From NCBI GenBank assembly GCA_902592265.1, contig CACJDV010000004.1, positions 171 through 64,170 on the forward strand: a stretch of 64,000 bases of DNA. Reading direction: 5' to 3'. Positions 9,801 to 21,734 of the stretch are shown piece after piece. Position 1 is the stretch's first letter, and each line of letters begins with the position of its first letter. The translations under genes and the position numbers were made by a program. The notes under the pieces are model-generated. The model saw only the letters and a program-made list of their open reading frames with translations. It did not search any database and had not been told where the DNA came from. The DNA comes from an uncultured Pelagibacteraceae bacterium (lineage in GTDB: Bacteria; Pseudomonadota; Alphaproteobacteria; Pelagibacterales; Pelagibacteraceae).

Positions 9801-11378
9801 CTACGACATTCCACACCAGGAGTAACATTAATTTCTCCCCCTCCACATCATGATATCTATTCGATAGAAGATTTGGCGCAATTGATTTACGATTTAAAGC
9901 AAACAAATCCAAAAGCACGAGTTGGCGTTAAATTAGTAGCATCATCTGGAATTGGAACTATTGCTGCAGGTGTAGCTAAAGCAAAAGCAGATATTATTTT
10001 AATTTCGGGTCACAATGGAGGAACAGGCGCAACTCCTCAAACAAGTGTCAAATATGTTGGAATACCTTGGGAGATGGGTCTCACTGAGGCAAATCAGGTT
10101 TTAACACTAAACAATTTAAGACACAAAGTTACATTAAGAACCGATGGTGGTATTAAAACCGGAAGAGATGTTGTTATTGCTGCAATGATGGGAGCAGAAG
10201 AATATGGAGTTGCTACAACAGCTCTAGTGGCAATGGGATGTATAATGGTAAGACAGTGCCATTCAAATACTTGTCCAGTAGGTGTTTGTACACAAGATGA
10301 AAAATTGAGAGAAAAATTTTCCGGTACTCCAGACAAGGTCGTAAATTTATTCACTTTTATTGCATCTGAAGTAAGAGAAATTTTAGCTGAATTAGGTTTT
10401 AAATCATTAAATGATATTATTGGAAGAACTGATTTATTAATGCAAGTTAACAAGGCTTCACCAAATTTAGATGATTTGGATTTAAATCCATTATTTGTTC
10501 AGGCAGACCCAGGAAACAATAAAAGATATTGTGATTCTTTAAAGATTAATGAAGTGCCTGAAACATTAGATCAAGAAATTTGGCCGGAAATAGAAAAATC
10601 TTTAGATAATTCTGAAAAAATTGAAAAAGAATTTACTATTAAAAATACAAATAGAGCAGTTGGTACAAGAATTTCACATCATCTTTACAAAAAGTACGGT
10701 TACGAAAAACTTGATGAAAATTTCCTTACATTAAATTTTAAAGGCTCCGCGGGTCAATCATTTGGCGCTTTTTCATCAAAAGGATTAAAATTAAATCTTA
10801 AAGGTGATGCAAATGATTATGTCGGCAAAGGGTTGTCAGGCGCTACAATATCGATAAAACTTTCGGATGAAAGTAATTTAGTTTCTAATGAAAATACAAT
10901 CATCGGAAATACAGTTTTGTATGGAGCAACGTCAGGCAAACTTTTTGCTGCAGGCCAAGCAGGTGATAGATTTGCTGTAAGAAACTCTGGTGCAACTACA
11001 GTTATTGAGGGTTGTGACTCAAACGGTTGCGAGTATATGACTGGAGGAACAGTGGTTATTTTGGGAAGTGTCGGAGATAATTTTGCAGCTGGTATGACTG
11101 GAGGTATGGCATTTATCTATGATAAATCGAATGAGTTTGAAAAAAAAGTTAATTCAGACTCAGTTGTTTGGCAAAATGTCGAAACAGATTATTGGACAAA
11201 TTATTTAAAAGAATTAATTTTAGAACATTCAAAAGAGACAGGATCGCTGATATCAAATGACATTTTTGAAAATTTTGAGGCTGAAATTAAAAATTTTGTT
11301 CAGGTTTGTCCAAAAGAGATGATTAATAAACTCAAAAATCCAATTACATTTAAGTCTAAGATTAAAGAAGTTAGTTAA
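6873..11378 (+). CDS. gltB: Glutamate synthase large (alpha) subunit
   Basis: HDACGVG catalytic Cys, HQRFSTNT, AQGAKPGEGG, CIMVRQCHSNTCP. Start set at the ATG overlapping the gltD stop (TAATG). Confidence 0.96.
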   Translation: MENYKKNLELLTKNYVYSKEMEHDACGVGLIASTEGKKSRAIVEYGIEALKAVWHRGAVDADGKTGDGAGIHVEIPKDFFIEKIQVTGHDYDNSEICVGMIFLPRNDYSAQESCKTIVESELTKNNFSIYGWRQVPVNPKVLGQKALQTMPEIIQVLFKSNDPNLLDKNLERKIYETRKIIENKAFDASLNNFYICSISSKSIIYKGLYLAEAISDFYLDLRDSRFISRYAIFHQRFSTNTAPSWSLAQPFRAIAHNGEINTYKGNKNWMKVHEQEMSSPLFDNIENLKPVIQKGVSDSAALDNVFELLNKSGQSAPLAKLMLVPDAWSKKNKTLSRSHQQLFNFLNSTMEPWDGPAAIAATDNEWVIAANDRNGLRPLRYAITKDKMLFAGSETGMIELNEKKILTKGRLGPGEIIGVRIEKGKVFSNTQIKDYLAKEFKHFNSQIIDLDEKLTISNEKHNFDGESLRRRQYTFGISLEDLELILHPMAEDAKEATGSMGDDTPLAVLSDKYRPLYHYFRQNFSQVTNPPIDSLRENKVMSLKTRFGNLGNILDFDTLTKENIYVLNSPILSNSQFSKFTNFFGKNSVTIDCSFSKDDNLADTISRIQKDSEIAVRQGVTQLILSDKNLSSERLPMPMLLCVGAINTFLIQKKLRGYVSINVQSGEAIDTHSFATLIGVGATTVNPYLAFDSLYQRYEKKLFGQFSFDECVQRYINSVNAGLLKIMSKMGISVLSSYRGGCNFETVGLSRTVVNDYFPGVTSKISGIGLVGIEKKIRQIHKEAFESTDTVLPIGGIYRYRKNGETHQYQGKLIHLLQSAVGSNSYEAYKKYAEGIYNLPPINLRDLVDFRKKKLGSSINISEVEPIEKILKRFGSGSMSHGALSKEAHETLAIGMNRIKGASCSGEGGEDAERFKVMDSGDSANSRVKQIASARFGVTVNYLNNCNEIEIKMAQGAKPGEGGQLPGFKVTEEIARLRHSTPGVTLISPPPHHDIYSIEDLAQLIYDLKQTNPKARVGVKLVASSGIGTIAAGVAKAKADIILISGHNGGTGATPQTSVKYVGIPWEMGLTEANQVLTLNNLRHKVTLRTDGGIKTGRDVVIAAMMGAEEYGVATTALVAMGCIMVRQCHSNTCPVGVCTQDEKLREKFSGTPDKVVNLFTFIASEVREILAELGFKSLNDIIGRTDLLMQVNKASPNLDDLDLNPLFVQADPGNNKRYCDSLKINEVPETLDQEIWPEIEKSLDNSEKIEKEFTIKNTNRAVGTRISHHLYKKYGYEKLDENFLTLNFKGSAGQSFGAFSSKGLKLNLKGDANDYVGKGLSGATISIKLSDESNLVSNENTIIGNTVLYGATSGKLFAAGQAGDRFAVRNSGATTVIEGCDSNGCEYMTGGTVVILGSVGDNFAAGMTGGMAFIYDKSNEFEKKVNSDSVVWQNVETDYWTNYLKELILEHSKETGSLISNDIFENFEAEIKNFVQVCPKEMINKLKNPITFKSKIKEVS

Positions 11379-12117
11379 CGATCATTTTTAACTCTTTTTT
11401 TAATATGTTTAACCATTTTGTTGAAGATAAGCTGTGATCACCTTTTTTAATGATAACTAATTTTTTTTTTGAATTTACAAAAATTTTTAAAATTTTTTTT
11501 GAATAACTGACAGGGACAGACTCATCTTTTTGTCCGTGAACCATAGTAACCTTTAATTTCTCGTAAATTTTTTTATGAAATACTTTATTTTTCCGGCCAT
11601 CTTTAATTAGTTGTAAAGAGATTGGATATTCATAGCTTCCATGCTTTAAGTTGATAATCCCATACTTTATTATTTCTTTTTTCATTTTTTTTGAAAATTT
11701 GTTCCACATTAAACCCTCTAAAAATTGAGGTGCAGAACCAATTCCTAAAAATCCTATAATTTGTTTTTTAAAAAACTTAAATTGATTTAAAGCTATCCAA
11801 GAGCCCATACTTGAGCCAACAAATATGATTTTATTTTTTTTGACAATTTTTTTAATTAATAAAGTAGTATCTTTAGTCCACTTTGAGATATTACCGTTAG
11901 TAAATTTACCAGATGATTTACCGTGACCAGAATATTCTGGCGCAAGAAAACCAAGTTTATTTTTTTTTGCAAAATTTAAAAATGTTTTAGGTTTTTTTCC
12001 CTCTAAATCAGACATAAACCCATGTAAAAAAACGATGTAAGTTGTATTTTTTTGGTAATTTTTTAAATATCTAATTTTTTTAGACTTATTCATTTTTAAG
12101 TAATTGAATTTTCTCAT
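11371..12117 (-). CDS. Alpha/beta hydrolase
   Basis: FLHGFMSD, nucleophile GSSMG, HGQKD, GDHSLS; exact start uncertain. Confidence 0.88.
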   Translation of the reverse strand: MRKFNYLKMNKSKKIRYLKNYQKNTTYIVFLHGFMSDLEGKKPKTFLNFAKKNKLGFLAPEYSGHGKSSGKFTNGNISKWTKDTTLLIKKIVKKNKIIFVGSSMGSWIALNQFKFFKKQIIGFLGIGSAPQFLEGLMWNKFSKKMKKEIIKYGIINLKHGSYEYPISLQLIKDGRKNKVFHKKIYEKLKVTMVHGQKDESVPVSYSKKILKIFVNSKKKLVIIKKGDHSLSSTKWLNILKKELKMIVN

Positions 12118-12159
12118 AAAAGTTTATTAGTTATCTCTATTATTATATAATCTTAATGT

Positions 12160-13314
12160 ATGTCGTCTAATATAAAAGTTTTGCAGGTAATACCAAAACT
12201 AGGTTACGGAGGGGCAGAAACTGGATGTTATGATATTGCTCATTATTTACCAGAAAATGGGTGTGAATCTTTTATAGTAACAAGTGGAGGGGAATTAACA
12301 AAATTTGTTGATAAAAAAAAAGTAAAATTAATTAAACTTCCAGTACATAGTAAAAACCCGTTATTAATTTTAATTAATACAATTTTATTAATTGGGATAA
12401 TCTTATTTTTTAAAATCTCAATTGTTCACGCAAGAAGTAGAGCGCCAGCCTGGTCATGTTTATTTGCAACAAAGTTAACAAATAGAAAGTTTGTAACTAC
12501 ATTTCATGGAACTTACAATTTTAACGGTAAACTTAAAAAATTTTATAATTCTGTTATGGTAAGATCTGATTTGATAATTGCCGGATCAAATTTTATTTTT
12601 TCTCATATTAAAGAAAACTATTCTGAATTCTTGACAAGCCAAAAAAAATTTCTAGTTATTTTTAGAGGAATAAATGTTGATTATTTTGACTCTTCTACAA
12701 AACTAGAAAATGATGAAAAAAATTTACTTCAAAAATGGAATATAAATGATGAAAAAAAAATCATTTTAATGCCGGGTAGGCTTACTTCATGGAAAGGACA
12801 AGAATTATTTATTGAGGCAATTAACTTAGTAAAAATTGAATTGGGTTATGAAGCTTTTCACGCGGTTATACTTGGAAATGATCAAGGAAGAGATCTATAT
12901 AAAAAAAAATTAATTCGTCTTACAGAGCAATATCGTTTAACAAACCAAATAAAATTTATAGATCACTGTGAGGATATGGCGTTAGCCTATAAAGTTTCGG
13001 ATATAATTGTATCAGCCTCAATTGAACCAGAAGCTTTTGGAAGAGTAGCGGTGGAGGCACAATCAATGGAAAAATTAATTATAGCTAGTAATATTGGAGG
13101 ATCTAATGAGACAGTCAATGATGAAAAAACAGGCTTTTTATTTAAATCAGGAGATGCAGAGTCTTTAAGTAAAAAAATAATTCGTGGATTAACTATGGAT
13201 GAAACATCAATAAATCTAATTGGCAAAGAAGGTAGAAGTAATATAATTAAAAAATTTAATATTGAAAAAATGTGTTTTTCTACATATTCAGAGTATAAAA
13301 GACTATTAAACTAA
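12160..13314 (+). CDS. Glycosyltransferase family 4
   Basis: GGAE, HARSRAPAW, GRLTSWKG, EAFGRVAVEA (EX7E). Confidence 0.9.
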   Translation: MSSNIKVLQVIPKLGYGGAETGCYDIAHYLPENGCESFIVTSGGELTKFVDKKKVKLIKLPVHSKNPLLILINTILLIGIILFFKISIVHARSRAPAWSCLFATKLTNRKFVTTFHGTYNFNGKLKKFYNSVMVRSDLIIAGSNFIFSHIKENYSEFLTSQKKFLVIFRGINVDYFDSSTKLENDEKNLLQKWNINDEKKIILMPGRLTSWKGQELFIEAINLVKIELGYEAFHAVILGNDQGRDLYKKKLIRLTEQYRLTNQIKFIDHCEDMALAYKVSDIIVSASIEPEAFGRVAVEAQSMEKLIIASNIGGSNETVNDEKTGFLFKSGDAESLSKKIIRGLTMDETSINLIGKEGRSNIIKKFNIEKMCFSTYSEYKRLLN

Positions 13315-15234
13315 ATGCCTATAATTACACTACCAGATGGAAAAAATATTGAATTCCCAAAAGAAGTTACAGGCTTAGACATTGCAGAAAAAATAAGTAA
13401 GTCATTATCAAAACAAGCATTGATAATGAGTGTAGATGGTGAGCTAAAAGATTTGTATTTTTCAATCAAGAAAGATTGTTTGGTAAAAATTTATACTGCA
13501 AAAGACCCCGAAGGCCTCGAAGTTATAAGACATGATACTGCTCACATAATGGCGATGGCTGTTCAAGAATTATACCCTGGCACTCAAGTAACTATTGGAC
13601 CAGTAATTGAAAATGGTTTTTACTATGATTTTGCACGTAAAGAACCCTTTACAGAAGATGATTTAGAAAAAATAGAAAAAAGAATGTCAGAAATAATTGA
13701 CAAAGATGTGAAAACAAGAAGAGAGGTTTGGAATAGAGATAAAGCAATAAGTCATTTCAAAAAAATTGGTGAAAAATATAAAGCAGAAATAATAGAGAGT
13801 ATACCGGAGAGTGAGGAATTAACTGTTTATCATCATGGTGATACTTGGCATGACTTGTGTAGAGGTCCACACTTAGTTTCTTCTGGAAAAATTGGCAAGG
13901 CTTTTAAGCTTACAAAAGTTGCTGGAGCGTATTGGCGTGGAGACTCAAATAATGAAATGTTACAAAGAATTTATGGAACTGGCTGGGCCTCTCAAAAAGA
14001 TTTAGATGATTATTTAAAAAGAATTGAGGAAGCAGAGAAAAGAGATCACAGAAAACTTGGTAAAGAAATGGATTTGTTTCATTTCAGAGAGGAGAGTCCA
14101 GGATCTGTTTTCTGGCATGAGAAGGGTTGGGCATTATTTCAAAAACTAATTAATTATATGCGAGCACGCCAAGATGCAGCTGGCTATAAAGAGGTAAATA
14201 CCCCAGAGGTATTAGATAGATTGTTATGGGAAAAATCAGGACACTGGGAAAAATATGGAGAAAACATGTATACCTCTGAGACTCCTGACGAAAAAGTTTT
14301 TGCAATAAAACCCATGAATTGTCCTGGTCATATACAAGTTTTTAATCAAGGTTTAAAAAGTTATAGAGACTTACCATTAAGAATAACTGAATTTGGTAAA
14401 GTTCATAGATATGAACCTTCAGGAGCTTTACACGGACTTCTTAGAGTAAGAGCATTTACACAGGACGATGCGCATATTTTTTGTTCAGAGGATCAAATTA
14501 CTAGTGAGTGTTTAAATGTAACTAATTTAATTTTAGATATTTATAAAGATTTAGGTTTTGAAAAAGTAGTTTTAAAATATGCTGATAGGCCAAAAGTAAG
14601 AGTAGGTGAAGATAAAGTCTGGGATAAAGCTGAGGCCTCATTACTTGAGGCAGTTAAAGCAACAAAATTAGAATACAGTATAAATAAGGGAGAAGGTGCC
14701 TTTTATGGTCCAAAAATAGAATTTGTATTAAGAGACGCAATCGGTAGAGATTGGCAATGTGGAACTGTACAAGTAGATTTAAACTTACCTGGAAGGTTAG
14801 ACGCTACTTATGTTGATAAAGATGGAACGAAAAAAGTTCCTGTGATGTTACATAGAGCATTGTTTGGATCACTTGAGAGATTTATTGGGATTTTAATTGA
14901 GAATTATGCTGGAAAGTTTCCATTTTGGATTTCTCCATTACAAACAGTAGTGATACCAATCTCAGAAGATTTTGAAGAATATGCAAAAATAGTTTCGAAA
15001 AAAATAAAAGAAGCTGGGATGAGCTCAATAGTTGATTTAAAAAATCATAATTTGAATTATAAAATAAGAGAACATTCTCTTGCAAAAGTCCCTATTTTAT
15101 TAATTTGTGGTAAAAAAGAAGTTGACAGTAACTCCGTAACCATTAGAAGATTGGATTCTAATAAACAAGAGAATATGGAATTAAATATATTTTTAAAAAC
15201 TTTTTCTGCTTTAAATAAAGCGTCTTCAATTTAA
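13315..15234 (+). CDS. thrS: Threonine--tRNA ligase
   Basis: TGS domain, [31 protein letters not shown]. Confidence 0.97.
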   Translation: MPIITLPDGKNIEFPKEVTGLDIAEKISKSLSKQALIMSVDGELKDLYFSIKKDCLVKIYTAKDPEGLEVIRHDTAHIMAMAVQELYPGTQVTIGPVIENGFYYDFARKEPFTEDDLEKIEKRMSEIIDKDVKTRREVWNRDKAISHFKKIGEKYKAEIIESIPESEELTVYHHGDTWHDLCRGPHLVSSGKIGKAFKLTKVAGAYWRGDSNNEMLQRIYGTGWASQKDLDDYLKRIEEAEKRDHRKLGKEMDLFHFREESPGSVFWHEKGWALFQKLINYMRARQDAAGYKEVNTPEVLDRLLWEKSGHWEKYGENMYTSETPDEKVFAIKPMNCPGHIQVFNQGLKSYRDLPLRITEFGKVHRYEPSGALHGLLRVRAFTQDDAHIFCSEDQITSECLNVTNLILDIYKDLGFEKVVLKYADRPKVRVGEDKVWDKAEASLLEAVKATKLEYSINKGEGAFYGPKIEFVLRDAIGRDWQCGTVQVDLNLPGRLDATYVDKDGTKKVPVMLHRALFGSLERFIGILIENYAGKFPFWISPLQTVVIPISEDFEEYAKIVSKKIKEAGMSSIVDLKNHNLNYKIREHSLAKVPILLICGKKEVDSNSVTIRRLDSNKQENMELNIFLKTFSALNKASSI

Positions 15235-15780
15235 GTGGCAGATTTTAAGCAAAACTATTTTCAAAGAAGAACTAAAGATCGAGGTCCAAGATCTAATAAC
15301 AGGATTTCATCACCTGAGGTTCAAGTTATTACTAGCAATGGAGAAAATTTAGGAGTTCTAAATACAAACGAAGCTATATCAATGGCAAAAAATCAAGGAT
15401 TAGATTTGATTGAAATTGCTCCTAATGCAAATCCTCCTGTTTGTAAAATTATGGATATGGGAAAGTATAAATATGATGCACAAAAAAAAGCAAATTTAGC
15501 AAAAAAAAAACAAAAAATTATTGCTTTAAAAGAAATTAAAATGAGACCAGTTACAGAAACTCATGATTATGAATTCAAAGTCAAAAATGCAAAAAAATTT
15601 ATAGCAAAAGGCGATAAAGTAAAATTTACAATTCGTTTTAAAGGTCGAGAACTTCAACACTCACACTTAGGCAACGAATTAATGACAAAAATTAAAGAGG
15701 ATATGAAGGAGATTGGAAAGGTAGAATTACATCCTAAATTTGACGGAAAGCAAATGATAATGGTAATTCAGCCTTTATAA
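15235..15780 (+). CDS. infC: Translation initiation factor IF-3
   Basis: PPVCKIMDMGKYKY, KVKFTIRFKGRE; thrS-infC-rpmI-rplT synteny; apparent GTG start. Confidence 0.95.
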   Translation: MADFKQNYFQRRTKDRGPRSNNRISSPEVQVITSNGENLGVLNTNEAISMAKNQGLDLIEIAPNANPPVCKIMDMGKYKYDAQKKANLAKKKQKIIALKEIKMRPVTETHDYEFKVKNAKKFIAKGDKVKFTIRFKGRELQHSHLGNELMTKIKEDMKEIGKVELHPKFDGKQMIMVIQPL

Positions 15781-15833
15781 GCTTTAATAGTAGTTGTAAA
15801 TTAATAACATTCTTTGTATAAAATCGCAAAATT

Positions 15834-16040
15834 ATGCCAAAACTTAAAACAAAAAGCTCTGCAAAAAAAAGGTTCAAAATATCTGCAAAAGGTAAAGTAA
15901 TAATGGCCCAAGCTGGTAAAAGACATGGCATGATAAAAAGAACAAATTCTCAAATTAGAAAATTAAGAGGCACCACAACTATGTCAAAACAAGATGGTAA
16001 AATTGTTAAGTCATATATGCCTTACAGTCTAAGGGGTTAA
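15834..16040 (+). CDS. rpmI: 50S ribosomal protein L35
   Basis: [15 protein letters not shown]. Confidence 0.96.
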   Translation: MPKLKTKSSAKKRFKISAKGKVIMAQAGKRHGMIKRTNSQIRKLRGTTTMSKQDGKIVKSYMPYSLRG

Positions 16041-16041
16041 T

Positions 16042-16398
16042 ATGGCAAGAGTTAAAAGAGGTGTTACAAGTAGAGCAAAACATAAAAAAGTTTTAAAAGC
16101 TGTTAAAGGTCAATGGGGTAGAAGAAAAAACACTATCAGAGTTGCAAAGCAAGCTATGGAAAAAGCTATGCAATATGCATACAGAGATCGTAGAAATAAG
16201 AAAAGAGATTTTAAATCACTGTGGATACAAAGAATAAACGCTGGGGTGAGAGCAGAAGGCTTGACATACTCTAAGTTTATTAATGGTTTAAATAAATGTG
16301 GAATAAAAATTGATAGAAAAATTCTAGCTGAGATAGCGTATGATAGTCCAGAAGCCTTTAAAACTATAGTTCAAAAAGCTCAATCTGCTTTAAATTAA
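16042..16398 (+). CDS. rplT: 50S ribosomal protein L20
   Basis: [22 protein letters not shown]. Confidence 0.97.
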   Translation: MARVKRGVTSRAKHKKVLKAVKGQWGRRKNTIRVAKQAMEKAMQYAYRDRRNKKRDFKSLWIQRINAGVRAEGLTYSKFINGLNKCGIKIDRKILAEIAYDSPEAFKTIVQKAQSALN

Positions 16399-16441
16399 TC
16401 TTCGCTATTGTTTTATTTTTCTGAAGAAATAATCTGTGTAA

Positions 16442-17509
16442 ATGTCAGATCTTAAAAAAATAAAAGATGAATTTCTTTCAAAACTCAATGGAAAATTAGA
16501 TATTTCAGAAATAAACCAAATTAAATCTGATCTATTTGGCAAAAGTGGATTAATTTCAACTCAATTTAAAAAAATTGGAGCTATTGCAGAATCAGAAAGA
16601 AAAAAATTTGCTTCTGACTTAAACATAATAAAAGATGAACTTCAGGATTTAATAAGTTCAAAAATAAATGAACTTGAAAGTGCTGAAATTAACAAGAAAT
16701 TAGAAAAAGAAAAAATTGACATAACATTACCGGAAAGATCATTTGTTCGAGGAAAAATTCATCCAGTTTCGCAAACGATAGATGAAATATCATCAATTTT
16801 TTCTGAAATAGGTTTTAGTGTGGAGGAAGGTCCAGACGTCGAGAATGAATATAATAATTTTACAGCGTTAAATACACCAGAAAATCATCCAGCTAGAGAT
16901 ATGCATGATACTTTTTATTTAGATGAAAAAAAGCAGAAATTACTGCGAACACATACTTCTCCAGTTCAAATTAGAACTATGTTGAAAGATAAGCCACCAT
17001 TTAAAATTATTGCGCCAGGAAGAACTTATAGATCAGATAGTGACCAAACTCACTCACCAATGTTTCATCAAGTTGAAGGACTTCATATAGATAAAGATAT
17101 AAACATGGGTCACTTAAAAGGATGTTTAAATTATTTTATCAAAGAGTTTTTCGAAGTAGATAAAATTAGGATGAGATTTAGACCGAGCCATTTTCCTTTT
17201 ACAGAACCATCCGCTGAAGTTGACATTGGATATGAAATGAAAGATGGAAAAATTATAATAGGAGAAGGTGATCAATGGTTAGAGATTTTAGGTTGTGGAA
17301 TGGTTCATCCAAATGTTTTAAAAAATGTTAAAGTTGATCCATCAAAGTTTCAGGGATATGCATTTGGTATTGGGATTGATAGACTTGCAATGCTCAAATA
17401 TGGGATAAATGACTTAAGAGCTTTTTTTGATTGTGATTATAGATGGTTAAATCATTTTGGATTTGATCCGTTGGACGTACCTACGAATTATAGAGGCCTT
17501 AGTCGATGA
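16442..17509 (+). CDS. pheS: Phenylalanine--tRNA ligase alpha subunit
   Basis: [26 protein letters not shown]. Confidence 0.97.
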   Translation: MSDLKKIKDEFLSKLNGKLDISEINQIKSDLFGKSGLISTQFKKIGAIAESERKKFASDLNIIKDELQDLISSKINELESAEINKKLEKEKIDITLPERSFVRGKIHPVSQTIDEISSIFSEIGFSVEEGPDVENEYNNFTALNTPENHPARDMHDTFYLDEKKQKLLRTHTSPVQIRTMLKDKPPFKIIAPGRTYRSDSDQTHSPMFHQVEGLHIDKDINMGHLKGCLNYFIKEFFEVDKIRMRFRPSHFPFTEPSAEVDIGYEMKDGKIIIGEGDQWLEILGCGMVHPNVLKNVKVDPSKFQGYAFGIGIDRLAMLKYGINDLRAFFDCDYRWLNHFGFDPLDVPTNYRGLSR

Positions 17510-19911
17510 TAATAACATTTGATTGGTTAAAAGATCATCTGAAAACAAATCTGAAAGAAAAAAATCTTTTAGAACAACTTACCAAAATAGGTCTAGAGGT
17601 AGAAAGTATAGAGAGACTTTCTGTTGATAAGGAATTATTCAAAGTAGCTGAAATCATAAAAACTGAAAAACATCCAAATGCAGATCGACTAAAAGTTTGT
17701 GATGTTAATATTGGAGAAAATGAAATTAAAAAAGTTGTATGTGGTGCAGAAAATGCAAGAGAAGGATTGCTGACTATATACGCTCCCCAAGGTGCGATCA
17801 TTCCTAAAACTAAGACAAAATTAGCAGTTACTAAAATAAGGGGTGTTACTTCTTACGGAATGCTTTGTTCAGAGTCTGAATTAAATTTGTCTAATGAAAG
17901 TGATGGGATTGTTGAATTAAATAAGGAATTTAGAAAAAATATTGGTAAAAGTTATTTTTCAAAATCAAAATCAAATCTTATTGATCTATCTATAACACCT
18001 AATAGACCAGACTGTCTTGGAATTAGAGGAATTGCTAGAGATCTGGCTGCATCAGGTTTTGGAAAATTAGTAGATTTAGAAGAAAAAAAAATTCATTCAA
18101 GAAATAAACATACTTTAAAAGTAAAAATTAATAAGGAAAAAGGACAAGGATGTACTGCGTTTGGAAGCTGTTTAATAACAAATGTCAAAAATTCAGAAAG
18201 CCCTAAATGGCTTAAAGATAAATTAATTTCTATTGGTCAAAAACCTATCTCAGCAATAGTTGACATCACAAACTATGTTATGCTTGATGTTAATCGTCCA
18301 TTACATGCTTATGACGCCGACAAAATTGAAAAGGGTATAATTGTTCGAAACTCTAAGTCTGGAGAAGAGTTTACAGCACTTGATAATAAAAATTACAAAT
18401 TGGAGAGCGGCATGTGTGTTATTAGCGATAATAAAGGTGTTTTAGGACTTGGAGGAATTATTGGTGGTACAAGATCTGGTACAAAATTTGATACAAAAAA
18501 TATATTATTAGAGTCAGCTTATTTTGAACCGGAATCAATAAGAAATACAGCAAAGAAATTGAATCTAGACACTGATGCAAAGTTTAGATTTGAAAGAGGC
18601 ATAGATCCGTTATCAATCGAAAATGGTTTAAATAAAGCTGCAAAATTAATAAAAAAGATTTGTGGTGGTGAAATTAGCAAAATTGATATTCAAAAAATAG
18701 AAACTTACAAAACAAAAAAAATCTCATTTGACCCAAATATTTTTGAAAAAATATCTGGTTTTAAAATTTCTTTAAAAGAAATGATTATAATTTTAGAGAA
18801 TCTTGGTTTTGGGGTAAAAAGTGACAAAAAAAAATTAAAATTAATTGTTCCTTCATGGAGACCGGATATTTCACAGGAAGTAGATATCGTCGAGGAGTTG
18901 GTAAGAATAAGTGGTTATGAAAAGATAAAGAATATAGAGCCAATTAAACAAAGAAAAAAATCTACTTTAAATAAATTTCAGAAATTATTTCATTTTTTAC
19001 AAAGATCAATTGCCTCTAAAGGTTATCTGGAGGTAATCACTTGGTCGTTCACAGACCAACGTTATAATGATTATTTTAGAGACAAAAAAAAAGAGATAAA
19101 AATTATTAATCCTATAAGTTCAGAATTAGGAGTTTTAAGGAATTCAGTTTTTTCAAATTTAATAATGCATATTAATAAAAACCTCGATAGAGGTTTTAAG
19201 GATTTATCAGTATTTGAAATAGGTCCTATTTTTAATGGTTCTAATCCCGGTGAACAGAATACAGTAGTCTGTGGTATGTCTGCAGGAAAAAAATCAAGAT
19301 TATCTTGGATAGAAAAAGATAGAAATGTAGATGTGTTTGATATGAAAAGAGACGTAATCCAAACTTTGGTTGAAGCTGGTTACGATTCTAAAAAATTTTT
19401 CATTGATAACAAAACGCCTAATTATTATCACCCTGGCAAATCAGGAAGACTGTTTTTAGATAACAGAAATGATCAAGTGGCTGCATATTTTGGAGAAATA
19501 CATCCTAATATTTTAAAGCAGGTTGATATGAAAACTGAGTCTTTAGTTGGTTTTGAAATTTTTATGGATAATTTAAAATTACCAGAGAAAACTCTAAATG
19601 ATCTTAAGGTAAAATTCTCATTTTCTGATTATCAAAAATCTGAGAGGGATTTTGCATTTATTATAAACAAAAATGTGAATGCTCAAGATTTAATAAATGT
19701 CATTTCAAGTGTAGATGAAATTTTGATAAAAAATGTTAAAGTTTTCGATGTTTATGAAGGTGAAAACATTCCTGAAAATCATAAATCAATAGCAATAAGT
19801 GTAACAATACAGTCATCTGAAAAAACCTTAAATGAGGCTGATTTAGAACAAATTAATAACTTGATAATAAAGACAGTTGAAAATAAAACTGGTGCTAAAA
19901 TCCGATCCTAA
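17506..19911 (+). CDS. pheT: Phenylalanine--tRNA ligase beta subunit
   Basis: HPNADRL, SYGMLCS, TPNRPD, RFERG, FDX-ACB C-terminus. Confidence 0.96.
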   Translation: MIITFDWLKDHLKTNLKEKNLLEQLTKIGLEVESIERLSVDKELFKVAEIIKTEKHPNADRLKVCDVNIGENEIKKVVCGAENAREGLLTIYAPQGAIIPKTKTKLAVTKIRGVTSYGMLCSESELNLSNESDGIVELNKEFRKNIGKSYFSKSKSNLIDLSITPNRPDCLGIRGIARDLAASGFGKLVDLEEKKIHSRNKHTLKVKINKEKGQGCTAFGSCLITNVKNSESPKWLKDKLISIGQKPISAIVDITNYVMLDVNRPLHAYDADKIEKGIIVRNSKSGEEFTALDNKNYKLESGMCVISDNKGVLGLGGIIGGTRSGTKFDTKNILLESAYFEPESIRNTAKKLNLDTDAKFRFERGIDPLSIENGLNKAAKLIKKICGGEISKIDIQKIETYKTKKISFDPNIFEKISGFKISLKEMIIILENLGFGVKSDKKKLKLIVPSWRPDISQEVDIVEELVRISGYEKIKNIEPIKQRKKSTLNKFQKLFHFLQRSIASKGYLEVITWSFTDQRYNDYFRDKKKEIKIINPISSELGVLRNSVFSNLIMHINKNLDRGFKDLSVFEIGPIFNGSNPGEQNTVVCGMSAGKKSRLSWIEKDRNVDVFDMKRDVIQTLVEAGYDSKKFFIDNKTPNYYHPGKSGRLFLDNRNDQVAAYFGEIHPNILKQVDMKTESLVGFEIFMDNLKLPEKTLNDLKVKFSFSDYQKSERDFAFIINKNVNAQDLINVISSVDEILIKNVKVFDVYEGENIPENHKSIAISVTIQSSEKTLNEADLEQINNLIIKTVENKTGAKIRS

Positions 19912-19917
19912 TTTTAA

Positions 19918-21723
19918 ATGAGCACCATTGATAATATAAGAAATTTTGCAATCATCGCGCATATAGATCATGGTAAATCTACTATTGCAGATAGAATCAT
20001 TCATAATTGTGGTGGATTAACCGAAAGAGAAATGAAATCTCAAGTTTTAGATTCAATGGATATAGAAAGAGAGAGGGGTATCACAATAAAAGCACAAACC
20101 GTAAAATTAAATTATAAAGCAAAAAACGGAAAAAATTATATCTTAAACATCATTGATACACCTGGCCATGTAGATTTTAGCTATGAAGTGAGTAGATCAC
20201 TTTATGCTTGTGAGGGTTCAATATTAATTGTTGACAGTACGCAGGGTGTAGAAGCACAAACACTTGCCAATGTTTATCAAGCCCTGGATATTAATCATGA
20301 AATTATTCCTATTTTAAATAAGATAGATTTACCAGCATCAGATTTAGAGAGAACTAAAAAACAAATCGAAGATGTCATCGGTATTGATACAGAAAATGCA
20401 GTTCCATGTTCTGGTAAAACTGGAGAGGGAGTAGAGGAAATCTTAGAGCAAATTATTTATCGATTACCTGGACCAAAAGGAAATATAAATGAAGATTTAA
20501 AATGTTTATTAGTTGATAGTTGGTACGATACTTATTTAGGTGTTGTAATATTAGTTAGAGTTATTAATGGTAAAATTACAAAAAACATGAAGATTAAGAT
20601 GCTTTCTACTAATCAAGATTATATTGTAGAAAAAGTTGGAGTTTTTACTCCCAAACCTAAGGATATAAATGAGTTAAATTCTGGTGAAATCGGTTTTATA
20701 ACAACCGGTATTAAAGTTTTATCAGATACAAAAGTTGGAGACACTATTTGTGATGCTTCCAAACCTAAAATTGAGGCTTTACCTGGATTTAAGCCCAGTA
20801 AGCCAGTAGTATTTTGCGGATTATTTCCAGTGGACAGCTCTGAATATCAAAAATTAAAAGATGGTTTGGCAAAGTTACAATTAAATGATTCTAGTTTTTC
20901 TTTTGAAGCTGAATCTTCTTCAGCTTTAGGCCTGGGTTTTAGATGTGGATTTTTAGGATTACTTCATCTCGAAATAATCACTGAAAGACTAGAAAGAGAG
21001 TTTGATGTAAATTTATTAACAACAACACCAGGTGTAGTATATAAAATTAACTTTAATAATGGAGATATAAAAGATTTACAAAATCCATCAAGCTTACCTG
21101 ATCCCACATTGATAAATTTCATAGAGGAGCCCTGGATCAAAGCTACTATAATCACTCCAGACCAATATTTGGGCTCTATAATAAAATTATGCCAAGACAA
21201 AAGAGGAATTCAAATCAATTTAAATTATTCTGGAAATCGAGCTGTATTAACTTATGAATTACCATTGAATGAAGTAGTTTTTGATTTTAATGATAGAATT
21301 AAATCTATGACAAGCGGTTATGCTAGTTTTGATTACGAAATTATCGGCTACAGAAATGGCGATCTAGTCAAACTTAATATTTTAGTTAATGGAGAGCCAG
21401 TGGATGCTTTAGCAATGATGATTCATAAAGATTTTGCTCAAAAGACTGGAAGAGAAGTTTGTGAAAAATTGAAAGATTTAATACCAAGACATAATTTTAT
21501 GATACCCGTTCAAGCAGCAATAGGCGGAAAGATAATTGCTAGGGAGACGATAAAAGGATTTAAAAAAGATGTTTTGACAAAAATTCATGGTGGTGGAGCG
21601 ACAGATAGAAAAAGAAAACTTTTAGAAAAACAGAAAAAGGGTAAAGCAAGATCTAAACAATTTGGTAGGGTAGAAATTCCACAAGAGGCTTTTATAGGAG
21701 TATTAAAAATACAAAAAGAATAA
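19918..21723 (+). CDS. lepA: Elongation factor 4
   Basis: [28 protein letters not shown]. Confidence 0.97.
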   Translation: MSTIDNIRNFAIIAHIDHGKSTIADRIIHNCGGLTEREMKSQVLDSMDIERERGITIKAQTVKLNYKAKNGKNYILNIIDTPGHVDFSYEVSRSLYACEGSILIVDSTQGVEAQTLANVYQALDINHEIIPILNKIDLPASDLERTKKQIEDVIGIDTENAVPCSGKTGEGVEEILEQIIYRLPGPKGNINEDLKCLLVDSWYDTYLGVVILVRVINGKITKNMKIKMLSTNQDYIVEKVGVFTPKPKDINELNSGEIGFITTGIKVLSDTKVGDTICDASKPKIEALPGFKPSKPVVFCGLFPVDSSEYQKLKDGLAKLQLNDSSFSFEAESSSALGLGFRCGFLGLLHLEIITERLEREFDVNLLTTTPGVVYKINFNNGDIKDLQNPSSLPDPTLINFIEEPWIKATIITPDQYLGSIIKLCQDKRGIQINLNYSGNRAVLTYELPLNEVVFDFNDRIKSMTSGYASFDYEIIGYRNGDLVKLNILVNGEPVDALAMMIHKDFAQKTGREVCEKLKDLIPRHNFMIPVQAAIGGKIIARETIKGFKKDVLTKIHGGGATDRKRKLLEKQKKGKARSKQFGRVEIPQEAFIGVLKIQKE

Positions 21724-21734
21724 ATTATTTTCTG

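Noticed and set aside
12160-15780. GT4, thrS and infC in one frame separated only by single TAA codons (possible read-through fusion)
   Set aside because: Each protein is complete, TAA is an efficient stop, and zero-gap junctions are expected in such a compact genome.
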